Below, piece after piece: positions 34,101 to 41,972 of a stretch of DNA of 41,972 bases. The stretch is taken from positions 1 through 41,972 of the forward strand of contig JBBALZ010000004.1 in the NCBI GenBank assembly GCA_040402735.1, written 5' to 3'. Position numbers and translations under genes: made by a program. Source of the DNA: Bdellovibrionota bacterium (lineage in GTDB: Bacteria; Bdellovibrionota_C; UBA2361; OMII01). The notes beneath the pieces were generated by a model. The model worked only from the letters and a program-made list of their open reading frames with translations, had not been told where the DNA came from and did no database searches. The stretch's first letter is position 1; every line of letters starts with the position of its first letter.

Positions 34101-36946
34101 CCAGTGAAACTAACAATCAGCTTCAAGTAATACCAGAAAAGACATCTTACAAGGTCGGCGATGTCGCTCGCTTTATGATTCAAAACCCGTTTCCCACAGC
34201 GCACGCTCTCTTCACCGTTGAACGCTACGGTGTGCAAAAGTCGTGGAACCAGACGATCACCGATCCATCAGCGGTGATAGAGGTTCCCGTGACCCACGAC
34301 CACATCCCTGGCTTCTTCTTTTCTGCTACCGTTATGTCACCGCGAGTTGACAAGCCGATCGAAGGCCAAGTGGACCTTGGAAAACCAACCTTCCGCATGG
34401 GTTATGCACAGATTACCGTAGATGATCCAGTCAAGCAGATCTCGATTACGGCTACACCTGACAAGACAACCTACAAACCTCGCGAGCGTGTTACGGTCAA
34501 TCTGTCGCTCGCTTCAGGCCCTGGGGTCTCTCCGATTGAATACGCAGTCACTGTAGTTGATGAAGCTGTCTTTGACCTAATCTCAGCCGGGCGCGCGTAC
34601 TTCGATCCCTACCGCGGATTTTATTCGCTCGATGGTCTCGATGTACGTAACTACAATCTGCTGAAGATGCTCCTTGGACGCCAAAACTTCGAGAAGAAGG
34701 GGGCAAATCCTGGAGGGGACGGCGGAAGTAAGATAGATATGCGCTCGATCACCAAGTACGTGAGCTACTGGAACCCATCAATTCGCCCTGGACTCGATGG
34801 AAAAGCCTCAGTTTCATTTGAGGCCCCGGATAATCTTACTGGCTGGAGAGTTTTCGTTATGGCGTTCTCTCCAGAGGACCGCATGGGGTTAGGAGAAACG
34901 CGATTTTCCGTCAACAAGGATACAGAAGTGCGTTCAGCAACCCCGAATCAGGTTCGACGTGGGGATGCATTTACTGCTGTTTTCACGGTCATGAATCGCA
35001 CTGACAAGCCTCGAAACCTCACAGTTGAAGCACATGGAGAGGGCGACAGCGTATCTGTTACACCGCAAAAAATATCGCTGTATGCAGAGCCCTTTAAGCG
35101 CTATCCGATCTCGATTCCAGCGACAGCACTCAAAGAGGGGCAAGCGTTCATCGGAGTAAAGGCATATGATGCATTAGATGGCGATGCTCTGCGCACTGCA
35201 ATCCCGATATTACCAAAGACCGTAACTCAAAGTGTCGCGACGTTCGGGATAACCGATGGTACCAGCATCGAGCAGCCGGTCGATATTCCTGCAACTATCG
35301 ACCCACAGCAGGGAGAGATCGGAGCAGTTATCTCAACCTCGGTCCTCGGATCGCTCAGTGGTGCATTCAGCTACATGCGCGACTATCCATACGAATGTTG
35401 GGAGCAAAAGCTTTCAAAAGCGGTCATGGCTGCCTATTCAATTGAGCTTAGGCGTTTTCTGCCTGCCGAGTTCTCATGGCCTGCAGCCAAGGAGCTTGTA
35501 ATCCAGGCCTTGACGTCAGCCTCACAACACCAGGCCCCAAGTGGAGGCATGTCCTTCTACACACCAGACGACAAACATGTAAGCCCTTACCTGAGCGCCT
35601 TCACCGCACTGGCGTTTACCTGGCTGCGTGAGTTGGGATATTCGGTGCCCGAGGATATCGATGCCAGTCTACGTGCATACCTCCTCACGATGCTGCGCAA
35701 CAACACCTTTGAGCCCTCGTGGTCTAATGAAATGAAGAGTTCCGTCCGGGCCGTAGCGTTGGCTGCGTTGACTCGCACTTCGGGGAAGAGTCCCCCTATA
35801 ACAGAGGCTGACATTCACAGACTCTCTGCGACCCTGCCTAGTATCGGAACGTTTGGAAGGGCACACTACCTACAGGCAGCAACAGCTCTTGGTGCCTCCG
35901 CTAAGCGAACGGCAGATCAGGCCGTGCAGAGCCTCCTATCGTCGGGAGTTGAGGGCACTGCAACATTCTCCTTTAAAGACGCCCGTGAAGGCTCTTCACC
36001 TTGGCTGCTTGAATCACCGATGCGCTCACAGTGCGCAGCTCTGGATGCCTTAATCTCAGTTCGTAGCTTTGGTACTGAAGCCAGCAGAGCCGCAGCCCAG
36101 ACCCGCCTAGCTAAGATTGCTAGGACTATTCTCCTTGACCGCAAACGAAAAGATCGCTGGGAAAACACACAGGAAAACCTCTTCTGCGTGCGTGCTCTTG
36201 CTCGTTATGCTGCGACGTATGAGGCAACTAATCCAAATGGGCGTGTAGATGTATTAGTCGGCTCACAAAACATCAAAACGATCACGCTCACATCTGATTC
36301 TGCAGAGTCCACCGCAGCGTTTCGGCCGCTGGCACCTTCGGATCTCGGCACCTCAACAAATATTACGATACGGCCATCCGGAAATGGGCGCATGTACTAC
36401 TCTACCCGACTCACCTATGCCCCCAGTGAGCCTAAAAGGGAATCAGTCAACGCCGGCATTGCAGTAACACGTGAGTTCGCTGCCTATCGTAACCAGTCGT
36501 GGGTAGAGTTGAAGGCCCCAGTTACTGTTGCGCGTGGAGAGCTTGTTACCGTTAATCTCTTCGTCCGTATACCAAGCGCGCGTTATTTTGTGGTAGTAAA
36601 CGATCCCGTTCCAGGAGGTCTTGAGCCAGTTAACCGAGACCTAGCAACCACCTCGATTTTTGCTGAGGACCAGAACAAGTTTTTTGGCCCGACAACATCG
36701 CTCTGGTTTACCCATCGGAGTTGGATTAATTTCGGAGATTACGACTTTAGCTTCTATCATCGCGAACTCCGTCATACCGCAGTTCGATTTTACTCAGAGT
36801 TTCTTGAGCCAGGGCACTATCACCTCTCCTACGTTGCCCAAGCGATAGCTCCGGGCGAATTTATTATTCCACCGACACACGCTGAAACAATGTACGACCC
36901 AGATGTGTTTGGTGAATCAGGTGCCGAGTTGTTAGTGGTTGAATGA
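31196..36946 (+). CDS. Bacterial alpha-2-macroglobulin
   Basis: 1916 aa; MG domains (LYRLGDTV, YKVGDVA, YKPRERV), VVDEAV, GGDGG, PDNLTGWRV, thioester YPYECWEQ, VNDPVPGGLEPVN, MYDP. Followed by pbpC. The start may be ATG 31205. Confidence 0.95.
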   Translation: MGLMITRTISCLVALCLSIISLGFNSTLAGAQNSAVNSNPARLLRVTPSVPDAQSISEIILQFDRPVVALGRMERKSNEIAISISPALACEWRWQNSSALACILSAANAALPATTYTVTVPKLFDLTTSVTLESSQQILFTTMLPAITLAWLDTWLTPTRPLIRLSTNQTVAKDSLAKSLYFEDSQKRRYEVITAEYTPESDEEFQPHDVGKQWVINPANELPANSSISLNVSPGLSSNQGPQLGIERRKIAAFHTFSEFAFIGITCRDLSGKTVVMRADREAEATTSRCDPLGAIQLTFNAPISKDKVASAFSSKPDLRGGRTDFDPWESILSNARISGTHLKDQHYYLSLPYGLKADTTYTFSAKANAMQDEFGRALTKDTAVTFTTNHRAARFVIDNHHAVLEQVGDSKLPVIVNNIETLALAYSAQTSQGTQSNLSTLLRPYAAPNIAYPFPIDIRAMLGGRSGVIHGTLTGKPAQKYDNTQRFFAQVTPYAVHAKIGHYNSLVWVTSMATGEPISDAQISVFVDTLTKLSTNPISLADGATDHNGTATLPGLLSLDPKMQYTNQWNDSEPRLFIRVTKGEEMALVPLSWDYQVYDGEVYPSSQAQYGHIHTWGTTAQGLYRLGDTVQFALWVRDQNNNRFIAAPRQGYSLEVQDPTDKVVLRIPSVSLSEFGSFASEFTTRSDGAVGWYTFVLSLPSTGQSWQPLRVLISDFTPAPFKVTTDIQQSEFRANDQVTVRTEARLHAGGPYAGASVRISARIVASELTPRDPQAKGFTFSTSFDEHTVTQRDEHLDAKGDLASTFDLINVPLAYGKLIVESSVRDDRGKFVSSRSQAQFIGRSRFVGIAQDDWILQSGKIAKLRAVVVNDRGDIIQGDKVRFKFEYEDIKVARVKSSGNAYTNRYEKTWITVHTCEATAQATGLSCSFTPTKPGRYRFNAHVTDTNGRDHISTIERWASGRGDIVWASETNNQLQVIPEKTSYKVGDVARFMIQNPFPTAHALFTVERYGVQKSWNQTITDPSAVIEVPVTHDHIPGFFFSATVMSPRVDKPIEGQVDLGKPTFRMGYAQITVDDPVKQISITATPDKTTYKPRERVTVNLSLASGPGVSPIEYAVTVVDEAVFDLISAGRAYFDPYRGFYSLDGLDVRNYNLLKMLLGRQNFEKKGANPGGDGGSKIDMRSITKYVSYWNPSIRPGLDGKASVSFEAPDNLTGWRVFVMAFSPEDRMGLGETRFSVNKDTEVRSATPNQVRRGDAFTAVFTVMNRTDKPRNLTVEAHGEGDSVSVTPQKISLYAEPFKRYPISIPATALKEGQAFIGVKAYDALDGDALRTAIPILPKTVTQSVATFGITDGTSIEQPVDIPATIDPQQGEIGAVISTSVLGSLSGAFSYMRDYPYECWEQKLSKAVMAAYSIELRRFLPAEFSWPAAKELVIQALTSASQHQAPSGGMSFYTPDDKHVSPYLSAFTALAFTWLRELGYSVPEDIDASLRAYLLTMLRNNTFEPSWSNEMKSSVRAVALAALTRTSGKSPPITEADIHRLSATLPSIGTFGRAHYLQAATALGASAKRTADQAVQSLLSSGVEGTATFSFKDAREGSSPWLLESPMRSQCAALDALISVRSFGTEASRAAAQTRLAKIARTILLDRKRKDRWENTQENLFCVRALARYAATYEATNPNGRVDVLVGSQNIKTITLTSDSAESTAAFRPLAPSDLGTSTNITIRPSGNGRMYYSTRLTYAPSEPKRESVNAGIAVTREFAAYRNQSWVELKAPVTVARGELVTVNLFVRIPSARYFVVVNDPVPGGLEPVNRDLATTSIFAEDQNKFFGPTTSLWFTHRSWINFGDYDFSFYHRELRHTAVRFYSEFLEPGHYHLSYVAQAIAPGEFIIPPTHAETMYDPDVFGESGAELLVVE

Positions 36947-39186
36947 GACGGATGCTGCTACGGTGCTCTACACGGCTTCTCTGCGTGTTTTTCGGAATGG
37001 CTGCTATCGGCTATGTGGCTCTACAGCGCTCGATAGTGGCGCCGCCCACTACTTTGACCCAAACGGCCACTAGTCCGGTGAAACTACAAGTCCTTGATCG
37101 TGTCGGCACACCGCTCTCCTACACCTTTACAGGTGAGCTGAACACAACAAGCTACATGCCGCTACACGAGATCCCGTCACTCCTCCAGCGAGCTTGCATC
37201 GAGGCTGAGGATCATCGATTCTTTGAACACTCTGGAGTAGATTGGTTCGCCCGAGTTCACGCAGTGTGGCAGAACATCAAGGCCCTACGAGTGGTTCGAG
37301 GTTCCAGCACTATATCCGAGCAGGTAGTGCGGATACTACATCCGCGTCCTCGCTCGCTGTGGGCACGTCTGCTGGAGGGCTTTGAAGCCCAAGAGCTTGA
37401 AGAACGTTTTTCTAAGGCCGATATTCTCGAATTCTACCTCAATCAGGTCCCATTTGCAGGAAATCGGCGCGGCATAGCCCAAGCAGCCCGATATTTCTGG
37501 GACCGCGATATCGACACCCTTACGGAACGCGAGCAGGTTTCGCTCATAGTCATGATCCGCGCCCCTGAGAAACTAAACCTGTATCGAGATCCAACAGGGA
37601 TAAACTCGCGAGTTAGTGGTCTAGCGCAGCGTCTCATAGCTCGCGGGCAACTCGAACCGACAACACTTGAACAGATCGAATCAGAGATCACACCTGTTCG
37701 CCGTGAAACAGTATCTGTTCATGCAGAACACTTCGTGCGCTACGCGCAGTCCTTCGCTATAAACTCCAACTCAGCAGCTCCGATTCTTTCGACACTCGAT
37801 GCAGGTATTCAGAGCTCTGTGCAGGCGATCCTAGAAGCGCGCCTGAACGACCTTAGATCGAAACACGCTACTGATGGTGCCGTGCTCGTGGTGGATAACC
37901 GCTCAGCTGAAATTTTGGCCTGGGTCAACGCAGGTGGTTTCACTCAAACTGATACTAGCCAGATCGATGCGATTATCACTGACCGTCAACCTGGGTCGAC
38001 CCTCAAACCATTTCTTTATGCATTAGCGATCGCTCGCGGTTGGAGCGCTGCTACGATCCTCAGCGACTCGCCCCTCGTTGAGCCGGTGGGAACCGGACTT
38101 CACGTTTATCGCAACTACAGCCGCATGCATTACGGGGATATCGCTCTCAGAGACGCTCTGGGCAATTCACTGAATATCCCAGCTATCCGCACCATCCAGT
38201 TTACCGGAAAGGGTGAATTCCTTGATCTGCTGCACTCGCTTGGATTTGTCTCCCTCACACAACCAGTGGAGTTTTATGGTGAAGGACTAGCGCTCGGGAA
38301 TGGAGAAGTGAGCCTCCTTGAACTCGTGCGTGCTTACCTTACATTAGCTCATCGTGGCGTGTACCGCCCGCTGGTGGCTACTCGGAATCACAGCACCAAT
38401 CGTCCTGCTAAAGCCGTGCGTGTCTTTGACACCGAAACAACGAGTATTATCGGACATATCCTCTCAGATCCGCTTGCCCGCAGGCGCGAATTCGGTAGCG
38501 ATGGTCTCCTCAATTTCCCTATTCAAACTGCTGTAAAGACCGGCACATCGAACGATTATCGGGATGCTTGGGCTATTGGATTTTCTGATAATTTCACCGT
38601 CGGGGTCTGGATGGGCAACCACGACCGCACACCGATGTCAGCGATTAGTGGAGCAAGGGGCCCAGCCCTCGTGCTGCGCTCTGTATTTGCGTCTTTAGAG
38701 CAAACCCGAGAGGATCGCGGATTATACCTTAGCCCGCGGCTGAAATACCTAGCCGTATGCTCAAAGAGCGGCAAGCTCCCTTCTGCGCACTGTCCAGCAG
38801 TTACTGAACTCTTTGCTCCGGGCTCAGAGCCCCTCGAACCGTGTTTGCACTCGCATGATTTAGCTGAGAGTCCAGCGAATGAGACGTATTCTGCGCCTCT
38901 CTCAGCTGCGGCTCACATAGTCATTCCGACTCCTGGGCTGCACCTAGCGATGGATCCTCGCGTTCCAGACTCACAGGAGGCGCTCGGTTTTGAATTGGCC
39001 TCCGACCAACCACTTCAAGAGGTTCAGTGGTTCGTGAACGGGGCTTCCGTGCATCAAGGGGGTCCTGAAGCGGCTCGATACCTCTGGCCTTTAGCTGTCG
39101 GAAAACACCGCGTGAAGGCTCGCATTCGCCTCAAGGGCGCAAGCGACTATGTTGAAGCAGCCGAGGTTGGTTTTGTTGTGCGCTAG
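36943..39186 (+). CDS. pbpC: Penicillin-binding protein 1C
   Basis: Transglycosylase EDHRFFEHSGVD and GSSTISEQ; transpeptidase STLK, SLN and KTG; C-terminal domain. ATGA-coupled to alpha-2-macroglobulin. Confidence 0.93.
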   Translation: MRRMLLRCSTRLLCVFFGMAAIGYVALQRSIVAPPTTLTQTATSPVKLQVLDRVGTPLSYTFTGELNTTSYMPLHEIPSLLQRACIEAEDHRFFEHSGVDWFARVHAVWQNIKALRVVRGSSTISEQVVRILHPRPRSLWARLLEGFEAQELEERFSKADILEFYLNQVPFAGNRRGIAQAARYFWDRDIDTLTEREQVSLIVMIRAPEKLNLYRDPTGINSRVSGLAQRLIARGQLEPTTLEQIESEITPVRRETVSVHAEHFVRYAQSFAINSNSAAPILSTLDAGIQSSVQAILEARLNDLRSKHATDGAVLVVDNRSAEILAWVNAGGFTQTDTSQIDAIITDRQPGSTLKPFLYALAIARGWSAATILSDSPLVEPVGTGLHVYRNYSRMHYGDIALRDALGNSLNIPAIRTIQFTGKGEFLDLLHSLGFVSLTQPVEFYGEGLALGNGEVSLLELVRAYLTLAHRGVYRPLVATRNHSTNRPAKAVRVFDTETTSIIGHILSDPLARRREFGSDGLLNFPIQTAVKTGTSNDYRDAWAIGFSDNFTVGVWMGNHDRTPMSAISGARGPALVLRSVFASLEQTREDRGLYLSPRLKYLAVCSKSGKLPSAHCPAVTELFAPGSEPLEPCLHSHDLAESPANETYSAPLSAAAHIVIPTPGLHLAMDPRVPDSQEALGFELASDQPLQEVQWFVNGASVHQGGPEAARYLWPLAVGKHRVKARIRLKGASDYVEAAEVGFVVR

Positions 39187-39197
39187 CTCTCGTGCGC

Positions 39198-39414
39198 CTA
39201 AAAGCTCTTGATACTGGCAATCTGCCCGTTACGCACTACTCTTATTGAGAGCGGCAGGTCAAAGTGCTTTCCACCGTCAGCGGTCTCTGCATACCCGAAT
39301 TCACCGCTTACACCTCGGCGGCGCTCGATCGCTGCGAATCGCGCAATCAGTTCCGCAGCTGTCAGTCCAGCGCCCTTACCTGCACCGAAAAGATCACCGA
39401 TCATTTCTGAGATC
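39198..39414 (-). pseudogene. 3' remnant of a periplasmic-binding-protein-like gene truncated by IS debris
   Basis: RGVSGEFGY...FDLPLSIRVVRNGQI resembles the C-terminus of type 1 periplasmic binding proteins. The 5' part of the called ORF is out-of-frame IS sequence. Confidence 0.5.
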
Positions 39415-39600
39415 AACTTTGTTTTCAGCTTTGCACTAGGCAGCGATACCATCCCAATGGGCATCGATCATTCGAGCGAACTTTTCGTCGGACTCAAGCC
39501 TCCGCTATTTCAGCTGAGTCTTCCAGTTGTCAAAAGACTTCTGACCACTCGGCTGCACGTAGAGCCAGGAAACTTGTAGGCATCGTAGAGGCTCTTCTTA
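39415..39600 (-). mobile_element. Degenerate, internally deleted ISL3-family transposase remnant
   Basis: A minus frame reads KSFDNWKTQLK*RRLESDEKFARMIDAHWDGIAA*CKAENKV, an ISL3 motif recalled as W...LKW.RL...EKFA.MI..HWDGIA.YC..ENKV. It has two TAG stops, and LYDAYKFPG lies upstream in another frame. Confidence 0.75.
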
Positions 39601-39782
39601 AGTGCTACTTAAGTAGGCGCCTCATAAGTGAAGCTCAATCCGGATATGCGCCGGATTTTTGGCCTCTTCAGAGTGCTGCAAACCGCGGTTTCCCGGATCT
39701 TGTTGACTAGCCACCTTGTTAAGATAACAATCCAATCGAATGGAGCGCTGACGCGCACCCTGATAATCACGTTAACTGATCG

Positions 39783-40697
39783 ATGAAAATTTCTCGCGCG
39801 ACGCTAATTGGATTAATTGCGCCACTTCTTTGGGCGACGAGTCTTCCGCTCATAAAGTTATGTTCAGGGCAAATCGGTGCTTTTTATCTTCCAGCTATTC
39901 AGTATCTCATGAGTGGTACGTTTGGATTGGTATATTTCTGTGCAACATCTAGGCGGCCCTTCGAAGTATACAATCGCCCGAAATTCCTCCCGCGCTTGGT
40001 GCTTTTTACGGCATATTTTGCGCTTCTATACCCGGCTATTTATCTTGTTCAGAAGCCTAACTTCCCTGGTGTGCTACTCTTGAATTATTTGTGGCCTACT
40101 TTTACTCTCCTATTCACTCTCGTGCTTCTGCGGCTACCTTTCGGACCTTTGAAACTTTTGCTAGGGACGATCTTGGTGGTTATCGGCTTGGCGCTCGAAA
40201 TTCTTCCAAGTAAAGTCTTCGGAATAACGGCTTCTGGCGGCTCTGTTGAGCCATTTCCTTTTGCCATGTCATTCTCCGCCGCAATTTGTTGGGGGTTGTA
40301 TTCAGCCTTAAATAGGAAGTGGGGAGACATAGCTGGAGGCGTACAGGCTGTTCCACTACTTATGTTGTGTGCCGGGATTGCTCTTCTTGTTTTAGCTACT
40401 TTCGTTGATCAAGCGCCTACGTTTCCTCCTAAGATAATTGTGCCCCTGATTTACCTGTGCGCAACGCCATTTCTGGCGAATGTCGCATGGGATATCGGCA
40501 CTAGGCACGGCAACTTGCCGCTTCTAAGCTTGGTATGTGATTTCATTCCGTGGATATCCCTAACTCTCACTGCAATCTATCTCGACATACAGTTAGAGGC
40601 GACAACGCTAGTGTCGGCTTTTCTTATTGTAGTTGGTGCGTTAGTGAGCCGGCTGGCGTTGCTTCCAACTCGGTTGAGTTCGAAAATTGACCCGTAG
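39783..40697 (+). CDS. EamA/DMT transporter, YddG-like aromatic amino acid exporter
   Basis: ATLIGLIAPLLW, LNYLWP, AAICWGLYS, WDIG...GN; about 10 TMs. Confidence 0.85.
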   Translation: MKISRATLIGLIAPLLWATSLPLIKLCSGQIGAFYLPAIQYLMSGTFGLVYFCATSRRPFEVYNRPKFLPRLVLFTAYFALLYPAIYLVQKPNFPGVLLLNYLWPTFTLLFTLVLLRLPFGPLKLLLGTILVVIGLALEILPSKVFGITASGGSVEPFPFAMSFSAAICWGLYSALNRKWGDIAGGVQAVPLLMLCAGIALLVLATFVDQAPTFPPKIIVPLIYLCATPFLANVAWDIGTRHGNLPLLSLVCDFIPWISLTLTAIYLDIQLEATTLVSAFLIVVGALVSRLALLPTRLSSKIDP

Positions 40698-40847
40698 AGG
40701 GCATCGCAATTCTCTTCTCTAAAATAGGGCCAAAAATGCGCGGAACCTAATGTATTTAATGAGTTTAACGGGATTTAGCCGCGCATTTTTATCCCTGTCA
40801 GGAATGCCAGTCCTTTCGAGTAGATAGCGGTAGAGTTGCGAGGCCCT
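40698..40847 (-). mobile_element. MITE-like element, family A, copy 4 (inverted)
   Basis: Reverse complement of the 150-bp element, starting immediately after the TAG stop of the DMT gene. Confidence 0.88.
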
Positions 40848-40932
40848 GGGGGGTGGAGCTATGGTTTGGCTAGTGGCACCAAAAGCAATAGAATTAACCA
40901 CCTACAGCGTTAATCAATCATTCGAGGGCCAG

Positions 40933-41799
40933 CTAAAGATACCGAACCGATAGCCCGATCCCGCTGAATATCTCCTCGCCAAAACGGCCCTGAAGCCTCG
41001 TCCCTAGCCTCACATCGAGCTGTATGTCCTTGGAGAAGAGATAAGTGATGCCGCCGTTTATATAGTGCGCGTCGTCTCCACCCCGCTCTGAATCAGAAAA
41101 GAGAGCAAACCATTCTGCATAAGAGCCCCATGTACTAGTCCACCGTGTGCCGGTAACCAACGCCTGCGCAAAAGATGTGTAGACATCACCTCCTTCATCC
41201 TCTTCACGTTGGTTAAACTGTGTGCTCGCACCGATATAGCTCTCCAAGAAAACGGCCCACGAATAGAGAAAATTCACACCATAGAGAGCCCTATCAGCTC
41301 GCTGTTCCGTCGAGCCGCTAGGTACTGTGAACTGCGGTACGATCGAGAGCTCAGGAAGCATCCCCCGCTGAGGTACTATGCCGAGCTTCGCTCCAAGATA
41401 CATATCGGCGAATCCTGTTGAACTATCACCTGGATTGTCTAGAGTAACAAGGGTCTGACCAACTCTCAGCTCAAGCCAATCCGCCAGTACTCCACTCCGA
41501 AGCAATAACTCAGGGTACACATGCGACGCATCATCTGGCGAAGATGCCGCGTCATAATAGTAAGTGTAGCCCATCTCTGCTTGCACCACTCCCTTACCTA
41601 CGGGACTGCTCGCCTCGGTAAAGTCAGGTCTATCAGTAACAATCGGGTCATCAAGATTAAGCCTTGCATCAGAGTCAGACTGCCCAGGCCAAAGAAAAAT
41701 AAAGGCGGGTCCGGTGTATCGTGAGTTGGAGCCTTCTTGGCTTAAACTGGGTAGTGGGAGAGCCACTAAGCAGCAGAAGAATAATAGTACACGGACCAT
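40933..41799 (-). CDS. Outer-membrane beta-barrel, MetA-pathway/SphA-like 'transporter' family
   Basis: Signal peptide from ATG 41799, IVTDRPDFTE motif, amphipathic strands, GFADMYLGAK, terminal GIGLSVRYL. Confidence 0.82.
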   Translation of the reverse strand: MVRVLLFFCCLVALPLPSLSQEGSNSRYTGPAFIFLWPGQSDSDARLNLDDPIVTDRPDFTEASSPVGKGVVQAEMGYTYYYDAASSPDDASHVYPELLLRSGVLADWLELRVGQTLVTLDNPGDSSTGFADMYLGAKLGIVPQRGMLPELSIVPQFTVPSGSTEQRADRALYGVNFLYSWAVFLESYIGASTQFNQREEDEGGDVYTSFAQALVTGTRWTSTWGSYAEWFALFSDSERGGDDAHYINGGITYLFSKDIQLDVRLGTRLQGRFGEEIFSGIGLSVRYL

Positions 41800-41879
41800 C
41801 TGACACCGTCTTAATTGGAGTATCTGCTCCATTTTTATCCTTAACAGCCGAATCTAGCTTCACATGACTCGCCACAAGT

Positions 41880-41917
41880 AAAAAAAAAAGCCCCACAAAG
41901 CTTTCGCTCTGCGGGGC
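41880..41917 (-). terminator. Rho-independent terminator of the rRNA operon
   Basis: The minus strand reads GCCCCGCAGAGC-GAAA-GCTTTGTGGGGC followed by T10. Confidence 0.92.
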
Positions 41918-41922
41918 ATAAA

Positions 41923-41972
41923 TCTGGCAACGACCTACTTTCCCGGGAGATCCCAGTATCATCGGCCTTTGA
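41923..41972 (-). rRNA. rrf: 5S rRNA, 3' half (runs off the window)
   Basis: The minus strand reads GCCGATGATACTGGGATCTCCCGGGAAAGTAGGTCGTTGCCAG, the conserved 5S 3' end, followed by a terminator. Confidence 0.93.

Noticed and set aside
39436-39507. TAG recoding suggested by two in-frame TAG codons
   Set aside because: TAG terminates many intact genes here (vapC, minE, pbpC), and single substitutions from Trp/Tyr codons in a dead IS explain them.
41675-41962. 95-aa minus-strand ORF
   Set aside because: It overlaps the 5S rRNA and its terminator, so it is spurious.

Overview
Mostly chromosomal core DNA from a Gram-negative bacterium. The gene set suggests a Bdellovibrionota/delta-proteobacterial-grade lineage, but that is inference. 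Housekeeping genes: pilT, mfd, plsY, rpe, pgpA, minCDE, gpmI, motAB, alpha-2-macroglobulin/pbpC and the 3' end of an rRNA operon (5S plus terminator). Less ordinary features: (i) two secreted beta-propeller proteins with different repeat types that end in a Pro/Thr linker plus a shared Lys/Arg-rich, FN3-like C-terminal domain, a candidate uncharacterised sorting/anchoring signal; (ii) sigma28-like promoters placed for leaderless transcripts in front of secreted proteins, and a sigma54 promoter in front of an unknown gene upstream of motAB; (iii) a eukaryote-style ABCC/MRP transporter split into two coupled genes; (iv) a Ser/Thr kinase with a C-terminal CHASE2 sensor; (v) at least three families of small non-coding repeats/MITEs, including a probable collapsed copy; (vi) a decayed ISL3 remnant truncating a gene. 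All family assignments come from motif recognition by eye; no database searches were run.
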